Of a DNA stretch of 33,381 bases, positions 1-8,555 are shown piece after piece. The first letter of the stretch is position 1. Each line of letters begins with the position of its first letter. The DNA comes from a virus. Taxonomy: Duplodnaviria > Caudoviricetes. Below the pieces are notes generated by a model. It searched no databases. It was not told the origin of the DNA and worked only from the letters and a program-made list of their open reading frames with translations. Both the position numbers and the translations under genes were made by a program. The DNA lies in the IMG/VR virus record IMGVR_UViG_3300009703_000064, positions 1 through 33,381 of that record; one strand, 5' to 3'.

Positions 1-54
1 ACGTAGGAGTCGAGGTCGAAGTCGCTGTTAACGTAGGAGTCGAGGTCGAAGTCG
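1..54. repeat. 30-bp-period coding tandem repeat (Thr/Ser/Pro linker)
   Basis: acgtaggagtcgaggtcgaagtcg is identical at 1-24 and 31-54; it encodes TSTSTPT units on the minus strand. Confidence 0.9.
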
Positions 55-805
55 GTGTTGCAGTAAGAGTTGGAGTAGGAGTCGGGGTTGGAGTAGCGCA
101 ACAATGATCTCCGTTTACTGCTCTCACCCAGTAACTTGAATCTGTACCGGGCTCGACCGCACCGCTAGGTTCGGCTCCTGTATTATGGGATTGAATGCAC
201 CTATAAGCAGAACCACCATGACAAACGACTGCATCGCTTCCGGTGGTTGCGTCATAAGTAGTCCCGTTATCCCAAGCCTCTACCGGGCCACCTGATACGC
301 CATCACTAGAGCAATCAACAGTAGGTTCAGTAGTAGTTGGCGTCGGAGTTAGAGTTGACGTCGGGGTTGGTGTCGGGGTTGGTGTCGACGTTGAACTGCT
401 AGTAACAGTAGGCGTACTGGTTGGCGTACTTGTGGAGGTAGGAGTAGAATATAAACTGACCGTTGGTGTTGGGGTCGCGCAAGAGGTAGCTAAATCGCAG
501 TTCTCTCCAAACAACTCTTGACATACATCGTCACAATCTTCAAATACAGCACCAACACTTATTAAATCGAAATCAGTTCCACCTGCACCTGAAAAAATTT
601 CATAGTCTAACTCAACTGGAAAATCAGCACCATTGCTAATGTTAGGGGATGAGCAGCCGCTGCTATTTGTGCAACGAGCTATATGATAAGTAGCGGCGGC
701 GATCTCGCTTTCATCGCCAGTGTAATTGGCGGTATCAACGTTAACTGTTGTACCAGCAGGAAGTCCTCCTACACACCTACACAGGGTTGCACTCCAAATA
801 GCCAC
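1..805 (-). CDS. Truncated (runs off the left edge) Cys-rich protein with Thr/Pro/Ser mucin-like linkers and a CBM5/12 (ChiC-BD)-like carbohydrate-binding module; probable virion fibre or decoration protein
   Basis: Not in the ORF track because it has no stop in the window. Manual translation from GTG at 805 (SD-like AAGGAG upstream) is open to base 1: MAIWSATLCRCVGG...CDDVCQELFGENCDLATSCATPTPT...EAWDNGTTYDATTGSDAVVCHGGSAYRCIQSH...EPGTDSSYW...CCATPTPTPT. Confidence 0.85.
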   Translation of the reverse strand, partial: MAIWSATLCRCVGGLPAGTTVNVDTANYTGDESEIAAATYHIARCTNSSGCSSPNISNGADFPVELDYEIFSGAGGTDFDLISVGAVFEDCDDVCQELFGENCDLATSCATPTPTVSLYSTPTSTSTPTSTPTVTSSSTSTPTPTPTPTSTLTPTPTTTEPTVDCSSDGVSGGPVEAWDNGTTYDATTGSDAVVCHGGSAYRCIQSHNTGAEPSGAVEPGTDSSYWVRAVNGDHCCATPTPTPTPTLTATPTSTSTPTLTATSTSTPT

Positions 806-979
806 CTAAAAGGCTCTCCTTTGACTATTTAAAGTTTTATATTTAACCATCCCCAATGCCATAACAAATTTATAGAACTTATTAAATTAAAATAATTCTT
901 TTTTTCGTAAAATCAAAAGAAAAAGGCGTATTATCCGAATGGGAATACACCTCAAAACAATAGCAAATGTATAATATAA

Positions 980-1396
980 TTAAAGAATCACATCGAATTT
1001 ATCTTCAAAAAAGGATTTTGACAGCTTGTCGGCCTCGGTATCTAAAATCTCCACAACTTTAAACTCGTTTTTCTCAAGCCAGTTGTATTTTTTATGATCC
1101 CTTTTAATTGATCTCAGATAATTTGATCTAGAGTTTTTATGAAAAAATGGAACAAATTTGTCATGCTGGGCTCCATTCACTTCTATAGCCACTTTTAAAG
1201 TAGCATTTAGTATGTCTACGTGCATTTTTGAACCATAAACGGGAAACTCTTCAAAAACTACGTGGGTAGACCAATATTTTTTTAAAAATTGTTTAACCTT
1301 AAATTGAGCTTTAGACCTAGACTTTCCGTCCCAATCTATGCGGTATCTACCAACACTTTTGTTAGATAGCTTGCCATATATGTTATAAAGCCTCAT
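980..1396 (-). CDS. PD-(D/E)xK endonuclease, DUF559/Vsr-like
   Basis: Motifs EEFPV...VDILNATLKVAIEVNGAQH and RDxxKxxWLEKNEFKVVEI are typical of the DUF559/Vsr family. Confidence 0.75.
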   Translation of the reverse strand: MRLYNIYGKLSNKSVGRYRIDWDGKSRSKAQFKVKQFLKKYWSTHVVFEEFPVYGSKMHVDILNATLKVAIEVNGAQHDKFVPFFHKNSRSNYLRSIKRDHKKYNWLEKNEFKVVEILDTEADKLSKSFFEDKFDVIL

Positions 1397-2510
1397 AAGC
1401 TGAGTCGGATTCTTTCAGAATGTCCTTAAACTTATTTACAGTATACTCTACTATTTTGGGATTATCTTCTAAGTATTTATAGAAGTTTTCTTCTCCTTGA
1501 TGTTGCTTTTCGCAATCTATATCAGCAGCTTTTAGCTCTTCTATAAACTCGTCTGACACAGTTATCCAAGCTCCTTTTGCTACAGCCATATCCCACATTA
1601 GCATCATATCCTTGATTTCTCTTTCAATCCAAACGCTATTGCCACCAGTTCTGCCATGTTTTACTGGGTATTCTATCAAGTCGTTAACTTTTTCATTAGG
1701 AGTCTTTCTGAAAAAGATTTTACAATTATGTCCTAGAACTTGATCTTTTCCCTTGATGGTCTTTGTAAAATAGTCCGACTTATTTGGTTTTTGAAACTCA
1801 AGAATCCAGTCGCTGTAATGCAAAGCTGCGTTTCCGCCTGAAGCATTTGTTAGCTTTGGGTCTACTTTCTGATAGGGATTAATTGTAACCGTACTTCTTA
1901 CCTGACTGATCATTATGCAAACATGGCCCTTTTTAACTAAAGATAATGCCATTCTTTGCAAAAACTGGGACGTTAATAGGGCATTTCCTGCAACTTTAGT
2001 GTTATCCCCAAAATCCTTCTTGTAGTCTTCGTCTCTAACTAAAGCGTCCATAGAGTCAATAATGAACATATATCTTCTGTCTTCATCATTTTTAAAAACT
2101 AAATGCCTAATAAACTCGATTACCTTTTCAAAAATATGACAATCAAAACATAGCCACTTTTTCTTGTCGGTATTTATTCCAGACCTTAAAAGTATTTCTT
2201 TAGAGAGTCTACCTTCAGACCTGATGTATACCACTTTAGACTTTTCAACCGATTCTTGAAAATTTTTAGCGAATGAAAGCGTACATGAGGTTTTTCCTGC
2301 TCCCGAAGCTCCTGAAAATCTACTAATTCCCGGACCTATTCCTCCGCCCATTTCTAAATCTAAAATTAGACTGCCGCTAGAAACAGTGTAATCCCTCTCT
2401 TCTTCAAAGTTATAGTGATAATCTTTATTCTGATCTAGAAAAGACTCAATCTGCTCCTCTGAAGTGATTAGTGTGCTGCTTCCGCTATCTACCTTCTTTT
2501 TCCTTGGCAT
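1383..2510 (-). CDS. recA: RecA/UvsX-like recombinase
   Basis: SSGSLILDLEMGGG, Walker A GASGAGKT, Walker B FIIDSMDAL, ISQVR and SGGNAALHY. Confidence 0.9.
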   Translation of the reverse strand: MPRKKKVDSGSSTLITSEEQIESFLDQNKDYHYNFEEERDYTVSSGSLILDLEMGGGIGPGISRFSGASGAGKTSCTLSFAKNFQESVEKSKVVYIRSEGRLSKEILLRSGINTDKKKWLCFDCHIFEKVIEFIRHLVFKNDEDRRYMFIIDSMDALVRDEDYKKDFGDNTKVAGNALLTSQFLQRMALSLVKKGHVCIMISQVRSTVTINPYQKVDPKLTNASGGNAALHYSDWILEFQKPNKSDYFTKTIKGKDQVLGHNCKIFFRKTPNEKVNDLIEYPVKHGRTGGNSVWIEREIKDMMLMWDMAVAKGAWITVSDEFIEELKAADIDCEKQHQGEENFYKYLEDNPKIVEYTVNKFKDILKESDSAYEAL

Positions 2511-3714
2511 AATTTTTTATATCGTGTTTTACCATCTTATTAATTAAGTCATCAATGGTGGAAGATGGCTTCCAACCTAACTCATCTCTTATTGGGGTAG
2601 AATCTCCTACCAACAACTCTACTTCTGCGGGTCTGTAAAATTTAGTATTTATTCTAACCATTACTAATTTATTGTGCGGGCCAGATGTACAGCAGTACTC
2701 TTCGAAAGTTCCTTCTCCTTCCCAGTGGCAGCCTTGAAATCCAGCAGCATTAAAAGCTTTTTCTACGAACTCTTTGATTGTGTGAGTTTCGCCACTCGAC
2801 AAAACATAATCTTTGAGTCGAGAAAGAACTATGTCTCTTGAGATTGAATGAACATCACTGCTGCCTAAAGCACATCCAGACTGCTCAAAAGCATTCCAAG
2901 TACTTTCAAACTCTTTATTAAAATCAGGAGTTGCCTCTATGTAATCCTCTTGATTTAGCATCATCCAAACCCCTTTGACGAAATCTTCAGAGTCAGACCA
3001 ATCTCTTTTAGTATATATATTGCCAAGTTCGATTGGGTCAAATTTTGGAGCTTCACTGCGTCTGCTTCTCCAGTTTTGTATGTCTCTGATAAAGTGATGA
3101 ATCCTAGCAACGCCTTTAGTAATTTTTCTAGTTACAAACTCTTCTCCTCTCCTGACTCCTTCATGATTAAAAAGGATTCCGTGAACTGCGTAAATTCCAT
3201 AAGACTCTCTATAGACTTTAACCAAATGTCTGGCCGCACATTTGGAAGCTCCGTAGGGACTTCTAGGTTTTAGCGGATGCTTAAAATCTTGGGGAGAATA
3301 GTCTACATTTCCGAACTCTTCACTTGAACCAGCGGAATAAAATTTACACTTAGGTGCGAAATTTTTAATAGCCTCTAAACATCTTAATACGCCATTTGCG
3401 TTTACATCAAAAACATGAGAAGGAGTATCCCAGCTTGCCGCAACAAAAGAATTAGCTCCAAAATTTATAAAGTAATCGGGTTTAATTTTTTTTACTAAAG
3501 ATATAATACTGTACTCATCAGTAAGGTCTCCGTGAACAACCTCGAATCTTGGGTTATCTTTAAAATCGATATAGTTGTCTTCTCTTTTTGTAGAAGTTCG
3601 CCTTACCATTCCGTACAGCTTGGTGTTTACATGTTCTTTCAGTAAATACTGAACCATGTTAGCACCATCTTGGCCAGAGACTCCCGTTATTATTACCTTT
3701 TGTACTTGTTTCAT
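2485..3714 (-). CDS. gmd: GDP-mannose 4,6-dehydratase
   Basis: ITGVSGQDG Rossmann motif, SSEEFG, PRSPYGASK (YxxxK), GILFNHE, FVTRKIT, KRDW and YRPAEVELLVGD. Confidence 0.92.
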   Translation of the reverse strand: MKQVQKVIITGVSGQDGANMVQYLLKEHVNTKLYGMVRRTSTKREDNYIDFKDNPRFEVVHGDLTDEYSIISLVKKIKPDYFINFGANSFVAASWDTPSHVFDVNANGVLRCLEAIKNFAPKCKFYSAGSSEEFGNVDYSPQDFKHPLKPRSPYGASKCAARHLVKVYRESYGIYAVHGILFNHEGVRRGEEFVTRKITKGVARIHHFIRDIQNWRSRRSEAPKFDPIELGNIYTKRDWSDSEDFVKGVWMMLNQEDYIEATPDFNKEFESTWNAFEQSGCALGSSDVHSISRDIVLSRLKDYVLSSGETHTIKEFVEKAFNAAGFQGCHWEGEGTFEEYCCTSGPHNKLVMVRINTKFYRPAEVELLVGDSTPIRDELGWKPSSTIDDLINKMVKHDIKNYAKEKEGR

Positions 3715-3753
3715 GTAATCCTAGTACATCTTTCTAAGCGATTTCGTTTTTTT

Positions 3754-3763
3754 AGTGTAATTA
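3754..3763 (+). promoter_or_regulatory. AGTGTAATTA motif, candidate phage (late) promoter
   Basis: An identical 10-mer occurs at 4291-4300; the GTGTAA core lies 8 nt before ATG 3769. Confidence 0.5.
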
Positions 3764-3768
3764 AGGCA

Positions 3769-4281
3769 ATGCAGCTAAACAAGAATATAATTAGAATATG
3801 TGCGCTTTATTTGGTTTTTTCTTTGTGTTTTCACATCGGATATAAGCCATTTGTAGTTAAAGGAGATAGCATGCATCCGACTTTAATTGACGGGCAAAAA
3901 ATATTTATAAATAAAATATACTTCTCGGTAATAAGCCCGGACAGGTTTGATGGAATAATAGTAAAGGATAAAAAAGACGGAGGCTTTTTGGCGAAAAGAA
4001 TAATCGGGATGCCGGGGGAATCTATTGAAATCATAGATGGGGACATATTTATTAATGGTTCAATGCTAAAAGATAAGTTTAGTGATTTAAAAATAAATTT
4101 TTTATTAGTGGAATCAGGGGGAAAACCATTAAGGAACTGGGAGACTGGAGAAATTATAACTGAAAACGAAAACACTAAACGGATAACTTTAAAAGAAGAT
4201 GAGTACTGGGTTATAGGTGATAATCGAGAGGTTTCTTGGTACGGAATAGTAAAACTAAAAGATATTATAGGAAAAATTTAG
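3769..4281 (+). CDS. lepB: Signal peptidase I (S26 family)
   Basis: N-terminal hydrophobic segment, catalytic Ser box GDSMHPT, Lys box AKRIIGMPGE, and GDNR. Start moved to ATG 3769 because the track start (3670) overlaps the start of gmd on the other strand. Confidence 0.88.
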   Translation: MQLNKNIIRICALYLVFSLCFHIGYKPFVVKGDSMHPTLIDGQKIFINKIYFSVISPDRFDGIIVKDKKDGGFLAKRIIGMPGESIEIIDGDIFINGSMLKDKFSDLKINFLLVESGGKPLRNWETGEIITENENTKRITLKEDEYWVIGDNREVSWYGIVKLKDIIGKI

Positions 4282-4290
4282 GCCCGTTCT

Positions 4291-4300
4291 AGTGTAATTA
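4291..4300 (+). promoter_or_regulatory. AGTGTAATTA motif, candidate phage (late) promoter
   Basis: Second exact copy, in the short intergenic gap just upstream of ATG 4307. Confidence 0.5.
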
Positions 4301-4306
4301 ATATTG

Positions 4307-4522
4307 ATGGAATTAGTATTGGGCGAATATCCAATTAAAGTTTTTTTGTGCGAGGATGGATTCTGGAAGCACGACACTATCTTCATATATAATAATAGTA
4401 AGTGCGTTAGTGAAAGAGAAGTTAATCATATAAAAGATTATCTTTTTTCAGAAGGATTCATAAGAGATAGGAGGACTAAATATTACATCGCTGAAAAAGA
4501 TAAAGAAGGAGGATCAAGATGA
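4307..4522 (+). CDS. Hypothetical protein (71 aa)
   Basis: ORF preceded by the AGTGTAATTA motif, with an ATGA overlap into the next gene. Confidence 0.7.
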   Translation: MELVLGEYPIKVFLCEDGFWKHDTIFIYNNSKCVSEREVNHIKDYLFSEGFIRDRRTKYYIAEKDKEGGSR

Positions 4523-4779
4523 GCGAAATAAAAATTTTAAATTCCGAAAATAAAAAATGGTGGAGTGGGAAAGATGGTCAAATAAAGAAGTGGGCTATAA
4601 AAGACAAGTCTGGGGATTGGTGGTTAGTTAGTGGCTCTGAATTCCCTGAAAAGAATGCTAAAAAAGAACAGGAAATAAAAAAAGACGAAGAATCTGACTT
4701 CGTCTTTTATTTCTTGAGTTGGTTTTTAGGAGCTAGTATAGCATTTAATATTTTTTCGCTTCTAAAAGTCGTCTTCTAG
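4519..4779 (+). CDS. Small membrane protein with a C-terminal transmembrane helix
   Basis: SD AAGGAGG upstream; Trp-rich N-terminus; hydrophobic tail FVFYFLSWFLGASIAFNIFSLL. Confidence 0.7.
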   Translation: MSEIKILNSENKKWWSGKDGQIKKWAIKDKSGDWWLVSGSEFPEKNAKKEQEIKKDEESDFVFYFLSWFLGASIAFNIFSLLKVVF

Positions 4780-5772
4780 TACTCCAGAATTCTGATAGTC
4801 TTTAACCTTTCTTTCGAAAAAGTTGGTCATAGCTCCGGTGTCTACTACTTCGGATAACCAAGGAAAAGGATTGTTGTCACTTTCGAATCTAAAGTCGATG
4901 CCTATTCCTTCTAGCCTTCTGTTTCCAATATACTGCATGTAATCGACAAACATCTCAGCATTAAGTCCAAGTATGCCTCTCGGTAGAACATCATGAGCAT
5001 ATTGAATTTCAAGTTCGACGGCCTTTTTGATATGATCAACAGTTTCTTGCTCAAACTTCTTAGTCCAAACAGATGGGTACTGCTCTTTGATAGTGTTAAT
5101 TAAATACGTACCAAATTGTATATGTAAGCTCTCATCTCTGAGGGTATATCTGATTTGATCAGACAGCCCCGGTAATTTGTTTTGCCTACCTAAAGCCAAT
5201 AGCATTGCAAATCCGCTAAAGAAAAAAGTACCTTCGCAAACTATATAATAAGTAATTAAGTTTCTTAGAAATTCTCTTTTACCTTCTGTAGTCTTTGTTG
5301 AGAAATCAGGCCTATTAACGTCAGACGTTATACTTATCAAAAAGTCATCCTTAGCTTTAATTGATGGAATATTAACGTAAGCCTCATAGACGTCATTAAC
5401 TCTTAAAGAAAAAGAATCGCAACAGGTAACTACCGTCCAGTTGTGAAGGGACTCTTCGTAAGCTTGCCTTAATATATATTGTCTGCACTCAGGATCAGTT
5501 ACCCATTTCGCGACAGTAAGTAATAGGTTATTGCCAACCAAGGACTCACTTCCAGCAAAAAACCCAAGACATCTCTTAACGAGTAATTTTTCATCTTCTA
5601 ATAAAACATCTCCTTTCCATTGGTCTACGTCATCTCCCATTCTGATTTCAGAGGGGGACCAGTTATTGGCTACTCCTTTAAGGAATAAGTCCCAAGCTAA
5701 TTGGTGTTTATGTGGGAGTATTTGGTTTACTCCCGCTATCTCTTCTCCTAGTAACATTCCGCTTTTACTCAT
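4762..5772 (-). CDS. nrdB: Ribonucleotide reductase small subunit, class Ic (R2c, Mn/Fe)-like
   Basis: Ferritin-like ligands E76, E107, H110, E180, E214 and H217; W38; C-terminal NFFERKVKDY. Val114 occupies the radical-Tyr position. Confidence 0.92.
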   Translation of the reverse strand: MSKSGMLLGEEIAGVNQILPHKHQLAWDLFLKGVANNWSPSEIRMGDDVDQWKGDVLLEDEKLLVKRCLGFFAGSESLVGNNLLLTVAKWVTDPECRQYILRQAYEESLHNWTVVTCCDSFSLRVNDVYEAYVNIPSIKAKDDFLISITSDVNRPDFSTKTTEGKREFLRNLITYYIVCEGTFFFSGFAMLLALGRQNKLPGLSDQIRYTLRDESLHIQFGTYLINTIKEQYPSVWTKKFEQETVDHIKKAVELEIQYAHDVLPRGILGLNAEMFVDYMQYIGNRRLEGIGIDFRFESDNNPFPWLSEVVDTGAMTNFFERKVKDYQNSGVLEDDF

Positions 5773-5978
5773 CAGTTATATCCTTTATTTCCTTTGTCTA
5801 TTTGTTTCAATCTTCTTTTTTCTCTTTTTGCAAAACCTTGAACGTGCTTAGAAAGCTCTTTAGTCATTCCTGACTTCTTGGCCCCTAAATAAGTATAAAG
5901 CAGCACAGCGAGGTCATTGTATCCATGATCTTCAACCTCGTTGGCTAATCCTTCTAAAACGCTATCAAAATCTTCCAT
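5772..5978 (-). CDS. Hypothetical 68-aa protein between nrdA and nrdB
   Basis: ATG at 5978 lies 2 nt after the nrdA stop; its stop overlaps the nrdB ATG (TGATG). Acidic N-terminus, basic C-terminus. Confidence 0.7.
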   Translation of the reverse strand: MEDFDSVLEGLANEVEDHGYNDLAVLLYTYLGAKKSGMTKELSKHVQGFAKREKRRLKQIDKGNKGYN

Positions 5979-5980
5979 AA

Positions 5981-8443
5981 CTATTGGCAGCTTTCGCAAG
6001 TGGGGTCTAGTATGCTGCAAGCTTTAACCATATCCCCTATCGCTTCATGTTTACTTTCTATTTCAGCCATTGGCGTATTAGTGGACTTCTCAATTTCGCT
6101 TGCAGCCTTGTTTCTTAAGTAATAAGTGCTTTTTAAGCCGCAGTTTCTAGCGTGAAGATATAAATCATTTAGGTATTTTAATGATGTTTTGTTATTAAAC
6201 AAATTTAATGATTGACCCATATCAATCCATTTTTGTTTGGCTGCTGCTGATTCGACCAACTTAAACTGATCGTGCTCAAAAGCAGTGCGAAATCTAGACT
6301 TTAAATCTTCAGGTATCTCTCCGTTAAGAGAGCTTAATTCGCCATTAACGCTGACTATTAGGTCTACTAAATTTTGATTCCAAATCCCTCGCTCTTTGCA
6401 CTCTTTTATAAACCATTCATTTACAATCATTAAGTTCCCGCTTTTATTTTCATAAACAAAAAGAACTGAAAAGTCTGGCTCAATGCAAGGAGAGCAACCC
6501 TGAATGTAAGATATGGTTGCGGTTGGAGCAATTGCCATAGTATTGCTATTACGCATTCCATGATCTTTAATATGCCCTCTTAGCTCTTTCCAATCAACTT
6601 CTGGGCAAAACTTCTTACCTCTATGGACTATTGGCTTTTCATCAAGGTACTCCATTAAGTTTTTGTAAGTGTCTATAGGCAAAACGTCTTGATCCCATAA
6701 TGATCCTTCATAGGTTGAATACTTGCCCTTTTCTTTCGCTAATTTTGAAGAGTTAAAAATACAGTGATAAGAAATAAACTCATAAAGCTCATCTGAAAAC
6801 TTAACTGCCTCATCGCTGGAGAAGTTGACTTTATAAGAATGAAATACGTCGGCCCATCCCATGCTTCCGCCCCCTACTGGCCTATGCTTTAAATTGGAAT
6901 TTTCAGCCTCTCTGGTTGGGTAAAAATTTAAATCAATTACATTATCGAGCATTCTCATTTGAACCTCGATAGTTTTAGCTAGCTGGTCAAAGTCTAAAGT
7001 ACCATCATCTTTTAAATGCTCTTTAAGATTGACTGAGCTTAGATTACAAACAGCAGTCTCACCGACTTCTGTTTTTTCTCCTTCGTCAAATCTTGAAGGC
7101 TTTGTATGCAGGAAAATCTCAGTGCAAAGATTTGAACTGTGAATAGTACCTTCGTGAGAGTTAGAGTATCTTAAGTTAGAGTTATCCTTAAAAGTAATCC
7201 AAGGGTGTCCTGTCTCGAAAAGCATTCTAAGCATTTTCTTCCAGATATCTTTGGCTTTTACTGTTTTAAAATTCTTAATCTCACCTGAATCTGCCAACTT
7301 ACAATATTTTTTGTACTTCTTATCAAAGTCTTGGCCGTATAATTCATGCAAGTCCCTAGCGTCTGAAGGAGAGAATAAATACCAATCCTCATTATTTTTC
7401 ACCTTCTTAAAAAACAAGTCCGGTATCCAATTAGCAGTATTTAAATCGTGACACCTACGGCGTTCATCTCCAGTGTTTTTCTTGAGGTCTAAGAAGTCTT
7501 CTATATCTAAATGCCAAGGCTCAATGTAAGCGCAACCAGCACCCGGCCTTTTGCCTCCTTGGTTAACCGCAACGAGTAAATCGTTGTATATCTTTAGCCA
7601 AGGAACTAACCCACTAGAAGTTCCATTCGTCCCTTTAATGTGTGAACCAGATGAGCGAAAGTTAGTAACGTCAAAACCTAAGCCTCCAGCATACTTTGAC
7701 TTTCTAGCTTCCTGCCAAGCACCCTCAAAAATTCCATCGATTGAGTCATCAAAAGTATTAAGATAACAACTGGAAAGCTGGCTATGAGAACTGCCACTAT
7801 TAAAAAGGGTAGGAGTAGAGCAGCACAAAAAAAACTGAGACAACGTATTATAAAACTCAATAGCCTTTTCATTTTTATCTTTTTCATTTATAGCTAACCC
7901 CATAGCGACCCGCATCCAAAAAGCTTGTGGAGTCTCAAGCCTTCTTTCATTGATATGATGAAAGTATCTGTCGTGTAAAATTTGCAAACCAAGATATTTG
8001 AACTTTAAGTCTCTATCTAAAACCAAATGTTCCGAAAGACTTTTTATATCAAAGGCTAAAAGCTTATCGCTGAGTATTCCGTTTTTAATTAAAAGCTTAG
8101 TATTTCTAATAAAAGACAGCCTGTACTGATGATCAAACGCGTCCTTGTCTCTGCTTTCCCCAAACACTTCTTTGTGTATATTTCCTAAAAGAAGCCTTGA
8201 GGCTACGTAACTGTAATTTGGCTCTTTCTCTATCTTAGTCCTAGCAGACATGATGAGAGCTTTATCGATTTCTTTTGTAGAAATTTTATCATAAAGCTGA
8301 ACATGAGCATCTAAAACTACTTCGCTAGCTGAAACTCCTTCTAAATTCAAACAGGCTCTTTCCGCGCATAAATTAATTTTATTAATATTGAGTTTTTCAA
8401 GTCTACCATTCCTTTTTTTTACGTTAATTTTTGCAGTGCTCAT
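5981..8443 (-). CDS. nrdA: Ribonucleotide reductase large subunit (class I) with N-terminal ATP cone
   Basis: VKKRNG ATP cone, TPTLFNSG, SSCY, NQGGKRPGA, SNLCTEI, AVCNL, AIAPTATIS, STYYLR and C-terminal CESCQ. Confidence 0.97.
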   Translation of the reverse strand: MSTAKINVKKRNGRLEKLNINKINLCAERACLNLEGVSASEVVLDAHVQLYDKISTKEIDKALIMSARTKIEKEPNYSYVASRLLLGNIHKEVFGESRDKDAFDHQYRLSFIRNTKLLIKNGILSDKLLAFDIKSLSEHLVLDRDLKFKYLGLQILHDRYFHHINERRLETPQAFWMRVAMGLAINEKDKNEKAIEFYNTLSQFFLCCSTPTLFNSGSSHSQLSSCYLNTFDDSIDGIFEGAWQEARKSKYAGGLGFDVTNFRSSGSHIKGTNGTSSGLVPWLKIYNDLLVAVNQGGKRPGAGCAYIEPWHLDIEDFLDLKKNTGDERRRCHDLNTANWIPDLFFKKVKNNEDWYLFSPSDARDLHELYGQDFDKKYKKYCKLADSGEIKNFKTVKAKDIWKKMLRMLFETGHPWITFKDNSNLRYSNSHEGTIHSSNLCTEIFLHTKPSRFDEGEKTEVGETAVCNLSSVNLKEHLKDDGTLDFDQLAKTIEVQMRMLDNVIDLNFYPTREAENSNLKHRPVGGGSMGWADVFHSYKVNFSSDEAVKFSDELYEFISYHCIFNSSKLAKEKGKYSTYEGSLWDQDVLPIDTYKNLMEYLDEKPIVHRGKKFCPEVDWKELRGHIKDHGMRNSNTMAIAPTATISYIQGCSPCIEPDFSVLFVYENKSGNLMIVNEWFIKECKERGIWNQNLVDLIVSVNGELSSLNGEIPEDLKSRFRTAFEHDQFKLVESAAAKQKWIDMGQSLNLFNNKTSLKYLNDLYLHARNCGLKSTYYLRNKAASEIEKSTNTPMAEIESKHEAIGDMVKACSILDPTCESCQ

Positions 8444-8457
8444 GACGGGCGAAATAT

Positions 8458-8474
8458 CTGTAAGTATATTACAG
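8458..8474. promoter_or_regulatory. Perfect 6-5-6 palindrome upstream of nrdA (candidate operator or promoter)
   Basis: CTGTAA-gtata-TTACAG, 14 nt upstream of the nrdA ATG. Confidence 0.4.
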
Positions 8475-8489
8475 CTAGTAAAAAAATAC

Positions 8490-8531
8490 TGAAAGAAAAA
8501 ATCAGTTTAAGAAGAAAAAAATAAAACTGAT
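8490..8531 (-). terminator. Weak intrinsic terminator candidate downstream of the SET gene
   Basis: Inverted repeat ATCAGTTT (8501-8508) / AAACTGAT (8524-8531), followed on the minus strand by TTTTTCTTTC. The stem is AT-rich. Confidence 0.35.
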
Positions 8532-8555
8532 GGTTATAAAGTGTACGAAGTCTGA

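Noticed and set aside
1-480. Short repeats at the left edge as a CRISPR array or DGR/VNTR element
   Set aside because: They are in-frame codon repeats for Thr/Pro/Ser linkers, with no unique spacers and no cas or reverse transcriptase gene in the window.
806-862. 18-codon ORF (ATG 862) in frame with the left-edge gene and separated from it only by TAG, suggesting amber readthrough or recoding
   Set aside because: TAG cleanly terminates conserved genes at their expected ends (nrdA CESCQ-TAG, nrdB, lepB, gpI), and GTG 805 has its own SD-like AAGGAG.
2490-2510. RecA N-terminus MPRKKKV resembles an SV40-type NLS, which together with SET could suggest a eukaryotic virus
   Set aside because: Lambda-like tail genes, bacterial promoters and overlapping operons indicate a bacteriophage, and Lys-rich N-termini are common here (e.g. 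MAAKKQAGASKKK).
5981-8443. Intein, intron or homing endonuclease in nrdA or recA (common insertion targets)
   Set aside because: Both ORFs are continuous, of normal length, and lack intein C1/HN-C motifs or LAGLIDADG/HNH segments.
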